From NCBI GenBank assembly GCA_964543295.1, contig CAZIXA010000002.1, positions 46,410 through 110,409 on the forward strand: DNA of 64,000 nucleotides, given 5' to 3'. Both the position numbers and the translations under genes were made by a program. The notes under the pieces are model-generated. The model searched no databases. It saw only the letters and a program-made list of their open reading frames with translations, and was not told the origin of the DNA. Position 1 is the first letter of the stretch, and each line of letters begins with the position of its first letter. Positions 58,075 through 64,000 of this stretch are shown one piece after another. This stretch comes from an uncultured Clostridia bacterium. Its GTDB lineage: Bacteria > Aerophobota > Aerophobia > Aerophobales > AE-B3A.

Positions 58075-58748
58075 GACCTCCAATTATGTTAAGCAAGATT
58101 CCGTCTGAGTTGTTCGGCCTTTATTCTAACCTGGGAGTTAAAGCAGCATCATATGCACCTCTGCGTTGGCGTTTGTGTCCGTTTGAGGAGATAGAGAAAC
58201 ATGTCCCTGAGGAAGGAACAATTATTGACATAGGTTGTGGATATGGCCTACTGGCTAATTTTTTAGTCTTAAGGTCGAGCAAAAGAGATGTCACCGGGAT
58301 AGACCTTTCAGTGGGAAGAATTAGGGTAGCCCAAAAAACTACCGATAATCGAAAGAAAGTCCAATTCAAGCTTATGAATGCACTTGATTTGCAATCAGGA
58401 GAGTACAGTACTGTAGTAATGAGCGACTTTCTGCATCATATTGATTACCAAGCCCAGGAAGAACTACTGGTTCGTTGTTATCAAAAACTGCCCCCCGGGG
58501 GGCTTCTCATTATCGAAGAAGTGGATAATAGACCGCTCTGGAAATATTGGTTTGCCGTCATCAACGACAAGATCCTGAACGTTGGTGAGCGGCAGTTTTT
58601 TCGTGGCCGCCATGAATTCCAGGAGCTTTTGCAGAGAATCGGCTTTTTGGTGAGGACAAAGAAAGTAGATAAAGGTATCCCGCTATCTGATATTCTATTC
58701 ATATGTAGAAAGAAAGGCAGTTCAACAACCTCTTCAAGAACCTTATAA
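58071..58748 (+). CDS. Class I SAM-dependent methyltransferase.
   Basis: Motif I IDIGCGYGLL and a post-I GIDLS segment. Confidence 0.8.
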   Translation: MRPPIMLSKIPSELFGLYSNLGVKAASYAPLRWRLCPFEEIEKHVPEEGTIIDIGCGYGLLANFLVLRSSKRDVTGIDLSVGRIRVAQKTTDNRKKVQFKLMNALDLQSGEYSTVVMSDFLHHIDYQAQEELLVRCYQKLPPGGLLIIEEVDNRPLWKYWFAVINDKILNVGERQFFRGRHEFQELLQRIGFLVRTKKVDKGIPLSDILFICRKKGSSTTSSRTL

Positions 58749-58801
58749 TTAAAGAGAAAGGCAGGGAATCCGTCGAACTCACGGAGGAAATTTTAAGGTA
58801 T

Positions 58802-58975
58802 GGGAATTTGAATAATTTCTCTGAATTGTTATCAAGTAAACCTCGGCAGACGAGATATCAGAAAAAAGAGGGGAGCAGGCTCGACTTGCTCGAGCGAAGC
58901 GAGAGTCGGCTTTGCCGATCGAGCCGTCGAGGGGGGAATTCCGAAGGAATCGGCGAAGCCCTATTTCCCCTCTCA
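58802..58975 (+). repeat. Structured repeat element, copy 2 (see 21802-21977).
   Basis: About 95% identity to copy 1 over roughly 175 nt. Stem 1 is retained with a C-to-T change that gives a G-U wobble; the terminal stem 2 is degraded. Confidence 0.7.
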
Positions 58976-59000
58976 ATATGTTCGAGATGGAATTGAAGGT

Positions 59001-59777
59001 ATGATCATAATACTATTGCCAGCTTACAATGAGGCATCTGGTATTGAAGAGCTACTTGGTAGAATAGGAGAAGTGCTTAACTATAACGAATATCAGGTTA
59101 TAGTGGTAAATGATGGGAGCACCAATGGAACAAAAGAAATCGTTACTAAATGCGCTCAACGGCAACCGATCACTTTACTAAATCATCGAGTTAACCTGGG
59201 GCTGGGGAAGGCTATGGAAACGGGTATTTTGTATACTTGTTCTCACTTCAAAAGCAATGATATATTAGTAACTATGGATGCCGATAACACCCATGATCCC
59301 CAGATGATAAAACAAATGGTCCAGAAAGTCGACAACGGGGTAGATATGGTGATTGGTTCTCGTTTCGTTAAGAAAAGTGGGGAGATAGGTGTCCCTACGT
59401 ATCGCAAGCTACTCAGCAGAGCGGTGAAAATCCTGTTAAGAGTGATTTTCCCTGGGGTCAAGGTAAAGGATTACACCAGTGGTTACCGAGTATATCGGGT
59501 TAGTCTACTTAAGAAGGCACTAAAAGTTCACCATCCATTAGTCAAATCACGAGGATTTGGGGTAATGGCAGAGCTACTTTTGAAACTAAATTGCCTAAAG
59601 CCTTTGGTAGTTGAGGTGCCCCTGGTATTACACTATAACCATAAAACGGGCAAAAGTAAGATCAAAATTTTGTCAACGGTGATTGAATATGGGAAGATGA
59701 CCTTTGACCTGAAAAGAGAGGAAATCCTGGGTCACTGGAGAGTCGATAATCTAAGGAATATTCATAATGGCCGCTGA
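59001..59777 (+). CDS. GT2-family polyprenyl-phosphate glycosyltransferase (DPM1/ArnC/GtrB-like).
   Basis: LLPAYNE…VIVVNDGSTNGT…TMDADNTHDP (DxD). Confidence 0.8.
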   Translation: MIIILLPAYNEASGIEELLGRIGEVLNYNEYQVIVVNDGSTNGTKEIVTKCAQRQPITLLNHRVNLGLGKAMETGILYTCSHFKSNDILVTMDADNTHDPQMIKQMVQKVDNGVDMVIGSRFVKKSGEIGVPTYRKLLSRAVKILLRVIFPGVKVKDYTSGYRVYRVSLLKKALKVHHPLVKSRGFGVMAELLLKLNCLKPLVVEVPLVLHYNHKTGKSKIKILSTVIEYGKMTFDLKREEILGHWRVDNLRNIHNGR

Positions 59778-59789
59778 GAAGAAAAAGTT

Positions 59790-60164
59790 ATGAGGATATT
59801 CGATATTCTTGCCATCTTCGTTTCTGTTTGTTTTGCTGTTGTCGGGCAACTACTGTTGAAGATGGGAATGTTACGCATTGGTAGATTTTCCCTTAATATT
59901 TCTACCATAGTACAACAATATGCCAGAATCCTTTTGAATCCCTTTGTCATAGCCGGAATTGTTAGTTTTGCCCTGAGTATGCTGGTTTGGCTGTATGTGC
60001 TCTCAAAGCTGGAGCTTAGCATTGCCTTCCCATTCGTTGCGCTCAACTATGTCCTGATATTATTCGTCTCCCATTTTTTACTTAAAGAGACGATTACTCC
60101 CGTTAAGATCATGGGCGTGGCCGTGATTGTACTCGGGGTTTTTTTGATTTCAAGAGGTGGTTGA
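59790..60164 (+). CDS. Small 4-TM DMT/SMR-like membrane protein (ArnE/ArnF- or GtrA-like flippase subunit).
   Basis: Four transmembrane helices, 124 aa, the GQLLLK motif, and a position immediately downstream of the ArnC-like GT2. Confidence 0.6.
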   Translation: MRIFDILAIFVSVCFAVVGQLLLKMGMLRIGRFSLNISTIVQQYARILLNPFVIAGIVSFALSMLVWLYVLSKLELSIAFPFVALNYVLILFVSHFLLKETITPVKIMGVAVIVLGVFLISRGG

Positions 60165-60227
60165 AGGAACCACTAAGTCGAATAGGATCTTCGGGAGTCT
60201 CAGATAGAAGTTAGAAGGATAACGCAG

Positions 60228-61433
60228 GTGAAGGTACTGGTAACAATCTTTGAAGAGTTGGTTCCCGTAACTGGTGGAGGGACCCCAAGAATATCAAATA
60301 TAATAAAGGCTCTGGTCAGGAAAGAACACGAAGTTTATGTCGCCTCGTCTATTGGGGTGAGAAAAGAGAATGCCATTGAGCAGATGGGGTGTGTTGGTCT
60401 GGGGCCTCTTTTGAAGGTGAGTCGCTTAAGTTCAAAAAAAATGGTAAAGTATCTGTATGCTCATCCCCTGAATATATGGCGAGTGGTAAAATATGCCAGA
60501 AAAATAAAACCCGATCTGATTATCTCTCATAACACTATCGCTGGGTTTGCTGCGCTTTTGGCAAAACGGTTCCAAAAAGACTGCCTTGTGGTTTTGGATC
60601 TGACCGATCTACTATTTGAGTATCTGGGAGACTATTACCCTGGGGGATGGATGAGGTTAGTTCAACTTGAGGGAAAGCGTCTGGAAAGAAATACCATTAG
60701 AGAATCGGACAAAATAGTTACCGTTAGCAATTCCATGAGGGATATTCTTTTGACCTATGGCGCAAAGTTAGAAAATATTGAGGTGATTTGTGATGGAGTG
60801 GACACGAAGATTTTTAAACGGACATATGAGAGTGAACTGAGGAATAAATTTGGCAAGGATGCCGAAGATATTGTTATATTTCAAGGAGTAATCGATCCTC
60901 AGGACAATCCCCAGATTATTTTAGATGCAGCCAAGGAGGTGTTGAAGAAACACCGCCAGACAATGTTTTGGATAATAGGGGATGGAACAGCCCTGCCCAA
61001 GCTCAAACAAAAAGTTGTTGAGGAGAATTTAGCCGAGTATTTCTATTTTTCAGGATGGGTCAAGCAAGAAGAAGTAGCTCACTACATCTCAGCTAGCGAC
61101 ATTGGACTTGTCATTCTTCCGGACAGCTTGTCGGCCCGGGGCAGGGTAACCCTTAAGGAATTCGAGTATTGGGCTTGCGGTGTTCCCGTTGTTGCTCCTC
61201 AACTGTCAGCGCTTGAAGAGGTGGTTGAGGACGGAAAGACAGGTTTTTTCTGGCAACCAGGTAACTTTAAGGATCTTGCCCAGAAGATAATGCTTCTCAT
61301 TGAAAGCAAAGATATGAGAAAGAAAATGGGACAAAAGGGGGTGGAGGTGGTCAAAGAGAAATTCGAATGGCAGAAATTGACCAATCATTATGTAAAGGTT
61401 TGCGAGAATTTCGTGAAGAGGATACAGGAATGA
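60228..61433 (+). CDS. Glycosyltransferase family 4 (GT-B).
   Basis: The GT4 C-terminal EX7E-like region (EFEYWACGVPVVAPQLSALEEVVEDGKTGFFW). Confidence 0.75.
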   Translation: MKVLVTIFEELVPVTGGGTPRISNIIKALVRKEHEVYVASSIGVRKENAIEQMGCVGLGPLLKVSRLSSKKMVKYLYAHPLNIWRVVKYARKIKPDLIISHNTIAGFAALLAKRFQKDCLVVLDLTDLLFEYLGDYYPGGWMRLVQLEGKRLERNTIRESDKIVTVSNSMRDILLTYGAKLENIEVICDGVDTKIFKRTYESELRNKFGKDAEDIVIFQGVIDPQDNPQIILDAAKEVLKKHRQTMFWIIGDGTALPKLKQKVVEENLAEYFYFSGWVKQEEVAHYISASDIGLVILPDSLSARGRVTLKEFEYWACGVPVVAPQLSALEEVVEDGKTGFFWQPGNFKDLAQKIMLLIESKDMRKKMGQKGVEVVKEKFEWQKLTNHYVKVCENFVKRIQE

Positions 61434-62872
61434 GAGTCTTATTGATAGTGCCTGGGACTTACTCTTGGAGGTATCCCGGCCCTATTCAGCCTCATACTGG
61501 GATAGCTTACCTAGCGGCGATTTTGAAGAAGAATAGAATTGAAGTGAAAATATTGGATATGTGCTTGAGAGACCATACTAGACAGCTTTTTCCAACTCTT
61601 GATATTTTTCGTCCGCAACTAATAGGTATAACGGTATTTAGTCTTCACTATAAAAGAGTTTATGACTTGATCCATAAGATTAAGAATCAGGGGAAGTACC
61701 AGGTTGTTCTTGGTGGTCCTCATATCTCAGCCATTAGAGATGCAGCGCTGAGGAAAAGCGAGGCAGATTTTGCCATAAAAGGAGAGGGAGAGAAGACTTT
61801 ACTTGAGTTATGTAAGGCCGTAGGAGAACCGCATCCTGATTACAGTAACATTGAAGGACTAATTTGGAGATCTGAGCACGGCGTGGTAGAGAATAACGAT
61901 AGGCCCTTTATTGATAACCTGGACGCTCTTCCTTTTCCCGCCTATGAGGAGTTTCCGTTAGAAAAGTATTTTTGTTATAAGGACAAAACCCTATCTATCA
62001 TTACCTCCAGAGGATGTCCACGGCGCTGCATTTTCTGTTCGGTTAGACTTTCTACGGGAGGGAAATTCAGACCTCGAAGTCCAGAAAATTTGGTGGCCGA
62101 AATAAAACACTGGTATGAACAAGGATGGAAAAGTTTCGAGTTTCAAGATGACAATTTTACCTGTGATATGAACAGAGCGAAGAGAATTTGTGAGCTCCTG
62201 GTCAGTAAAAACTTGGCTATTAGATGGTCTTTACCGAACGGGGTCCGGGCAGATAAACTTGACAGAAAACTGCTAGAAAAAATGAGGGAATCCGGGTGCT
62301 TCCGGATTGCATTGGGTGTCGAGTCTGCCGATAACGATGTCCTCCGGAAAATAAAAAAGGGGACCAAAATTGAGCAAGTTGAAGAGACTGTAAAAATAAT
62401 TAAGCAGGTGGGAATAGAGGTAGTGGGTTTTTTCATTGTGGGTCATCCTACTGAGACCTATGAACGGTTTATGGAAAGTGTTGATTTTGCCAGACGTATG
62501 TCATTTGATCAGGCGAGCTTTTGGAATCTGGTTCCCTACCCGGGGACAGAGCTTTTGGAATGGGTAAGGGATAATGCAGTCTTACTTTATCCGGAAGAGG
62601 TTTATCTTAATCGAGCCTCTTATTGTGAAGGCAGGCCAATTTTTGAAACGGCTGATTTTTCTGCGAAAGAAAGAAGAAAAGCATGGAAGTTTGGCCATTC
62701 CTTAGAGAGAAAAACTATTGCCTACGGGAAAATGGGCATGTTCTGGGGAGGTGTTGGCTTGGTCATATCTTCAATCCCCATTTTGGAACGAATCCTGGTC
62801 CGATTAATAAAGGCAAACCAAATAGGTAGATTTTACTATGAAGTCTTATCTTCTTGGATAGAAAAGATATAG
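61430..62872 (+). CDS. B12-binding-domain radical SAM protein, paralog 2.
   Basis: MRVLLIVPG…, CxxxCxxC (SRGCPRRCIFC). ATGA overlap with the GT4. The ORF track opens at 61367, but ATG 61430 is the likely start. Confidence 0.8.
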   Translation: MRVLLIVPGTYSWRYPGPIQPHTGIAYLAAILKKNRIEVKILDMCLRDHTRQLFPTLDIFRPQLIGITVFSLHYKRVYDLIHKIKNQGKYQVVLGGPHISAIRDAALRKSEADFAIKGEGEKTLLELCKAVGEPHPDYSNIEGLIWRSEHGVVENNDRPFIDNLDALPFPAYEEFPLEKYFCYKDKTLSIITSRGCPRRCIFCSVRLSTGGKFRPRSPENLVAEIKHWYEQGWKSFEFQDDNFTCDMNRAKRICELLVSKNLAIRWSLPNGVRADKLDRKLLEKMRESGCFRIALGVESADNDVLRKIKKGTKIEQVEETVKIIKQVGIEVVGFFIVGHPTETYERFMESVDFARRMSFDQASFWNLVPYPGTELLEWVRDNAVLLYPEEVYLNRASYCEGRPIFETADFSAKERRKAWKFGHSLERKTIAYGKMGMFWGGVGLVISSIPILERILVRLIKANQIGRFYYEVLSSWIEKI

Positions 62873-62925
62873 AGTAAGTACTGGTGGTAAATAGTACTCC
62901 TTGAAAATTACCGGAGGTGTTGATT

Positions 62926-64000
62926 ATGAAAGTTCTGGTTACCAATCCTCCCTGGCCAGGATCAGGATATGGAGCCAGGTCAGATGTGAGATGGCCGCAC
63001 AAGAGAAGCGACAAGTTTATAGAATATCCTATCTATTTGGCTTATGTGGTAGCGGTTTTGGAGAAGGCAGGGATCGAGGTGGAGTTTATCGACGCAGTAG
63101 TAGAGGAGATGTCCATACCGGATTTTGCTGATGCCGCAGCAAAAATTAATCCCAATATGGTGGTTATTGAATGCTCAACTCCTTCAATTCAATATGATCT
63201 TTTGACGGCTAAGAGTCTAAAAGAGAGGATGAGCGATGTTTTCATAGTCTTGGTCGGCTCTCACCCCACTTTCTTCCATAGTCAGATTATGAAGGAAAAT
63301 CCCCAGATTGATGCCATTTGTAGAGGAGAGTTTGATTTGACAGTTAAAGATGTGGCAGTGGCTCTTTCAAATGGAGATAAACTTGATGAAGTAAAAGGGA
63401 TTACCTATAGAAATAAGGAAGGAATCCAGGTAAATGAAGATCGTCCCTTGATCCAAGACCTTGATGAGCTACCCTTTCCGGCCAGGCATATTGTAAAGGG
63501 CGATAACTATAGACAGGGTACTTTTACCGGTAAACGCTGTACCACTATGGTTAGCTCCCGAGGGTGTCCCCATCGCTGCACCTATTGTCTGTGGCCGAGA
63601 ACCTTGTACGGCAGCCGATTCAGGGCTAGAAGTGCGGAAGACGTGGTAGCTGAGGTGGAGCAGCTAACAAGAGATTATCACATTGATGAGATCTATTTTG
63701 ATGACGATTCCCTGGCTCTGAATCGAGCACGAATATTAAGAATTTGTCGACTGATCAATCAAAAAGGCATCAAGGTTAAATGGATACCTCAGTGTCGAGT
63801 GGACAGCATGGATGAAGAAGTTCTTAGGGCTATGAAAGAAGCAGGCTGCCATTACATAAGGTTTGGAGTGGAGTCGGGTTCCCAAAAGATACTCGATATT
63901 ATGAAGAAGGGAACCACCTTAGCTAAGATTAGGCGTGCTTTTGATTTATGTCGGAAGGTGGGCATAAAAACCCAGGCATTTTTCTTATTTGGGATTCCGG
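62926..64000 (+). CDS. B12-binding-domain radical SAM protein, paralog 3, 3'-partial (runs off the window).
   Basis: GGAGGTG RBS lies upstream of ATG 62926. MKVLVTNPPWPGSGYGAR… and CxxxCxxC (SRGCPHRCTYC). The frame is open to 64000. This gene is absent from the ORF track. Confidence 0.8.
   Translation, partial: MKVLVTNPPWPGSGYGARSDVRWPHKRSDKFIEYPIYLAYVVAVLEKAGIEVEFIDAVVEEMSIPDFADAAAKINPNMVVIECSTPSIQYDLLTAKSLKERMSDVFIVLVGSHPTFFHSQIMKENPQIDAICRGEFDLTVKDVAVALSNGDKLDEVKGITYRNKEGIQVNEDRPLIQDLDELPFPARHIVKGDNYRQGTFTGKRCTTMVSSRGCPHRCTYCLWPRTLYGSRFRARSAEDVVAEVEQLTRDYHIDEIYFDDDSLALNRARILRICRLINQKGIKVKWIPQCRVDSMDEEVLRAMKEAGCHYIRFGVESGSQKILDIMKKGTTLAKIRRAFDLCRKVGIKTQAFFLFGIP

Noticed and set aside
58808-58996. 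A 62-aa ORF on the plus strand and a 65-aa ORF on the minus strand across the structured repeat. A similar 97-aa minus-strand ORF lies at 21858-22151.
   Set aside because: They span the GC-rich non-coding repeat present in two copies, and their frames are not conserved between the copies. They are better explained as an RNA or regulatory element.
62901-63131. A 76-aa ORF listed in the track near the start of the third B12-radical SAM gene.
   Set aside because: It is out of frame with the real gene, which starts at ATG 62926 with a GGAGGTG RBS, runs to the window end, and shows clear B12-rSAM homology.
1-64000. A search for CRISPR arrays, tRNA and rRNA genes.
   Set aside because: There are no regularly spaced direct repeats with unique spacers and no tRNA-like T-loop/acceptor architectures outside CDSs. 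The only repeats are the REPs, the two-copy structured element, a short 9-mer tandem repeat and the in-gene 54-bp repeats.

Overview
Bacterial chromosomal window of about 64 kb. It is low-GC, shows strong AGGAGG ribosome-binding sites, and uses the standard genetic code with TGA as a stop codon. All lineage and function calls below rest on motif-level reading of the ORF track; no database search was possible.

The window falls into six blocks:
1. 1-14.6 kb: a peptide-scavenging block. It holds an amidohydrolase fragment, a Zn-dependent alcohol dehydrogenase preceded by a duplicated N-terminal remnant, a secreted transglutaminase-like protein, an Opp/Dpp-type ABC peptide transporter (D, F, A, B, C), a tandem M16 zinc peptidase, and a convergent MscS channel.
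2. 14.6-23.5 kb: an arabino-oligosaccharide utilisation locus. An ArsR-type wHTH regulator sits behind a tandemly duplicated promoter/operator element and precedes a family-1 sugar ABC transporter, a GH127 beta-L-arabinofuranosidase and a GH51 alpha-L-arabinofuranosidase.
3. 23.5-24.4 kb: a REP-bracketed MazEF/EndoA-type toxin-antitoxin cassette whose toxin carries an in-frame TGA.
4. 24.5-27.7 kb: valS plus a LOG/TIGR00725-family gene on the minus strand.
5. 27.8-33.7 kb: a REP-associated tyrosine transposase (RAYT) flanked by inverted copies of a 22-24 nt REP motif (AAAAGGGGACGTGATTATTTTT) that recurs at least 7 times in this window. It is followed by an HDAC-family gene, a TIM-barrel sugar isomerase, pcm, and a spermidine-synthase-like membrane fusion protein.
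6. 33.9-64 kb: a co-directional glycan/glycolipid biosynthesis island of about 30 kb and 27 genes. It holds a DegT aminotransferase, SDR epimerases, ugd and uxs, rmlA (long form), rmlB, an rmlD deletion remnant, an RmlC/FdtA-like cupin, Wzz, a secreted S8 protease with a T9SS-like C-terminal domain, two GT-C membrane transferases, an ArnC-like GT2 with an ArnE/F-like small DMT protein, two GT4 enzymes, an LbH acetyltransferase, a flippase-like protein, two SAM methyltransferases, one SPASM-type radical SAM and three B12-binding radical SAM paralogs.

A highly structured repeat of about 175-190 nt occurs twice (21.8 kb and 58.8 kb), each time upstream of a glycan-related gene.

The radical-SAM-rich glycan island, the REP/RAYT system and this structured repeat are the items most likely to represent undescribed biology. 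No rRNA, tRNA or CRISPR array was seen.
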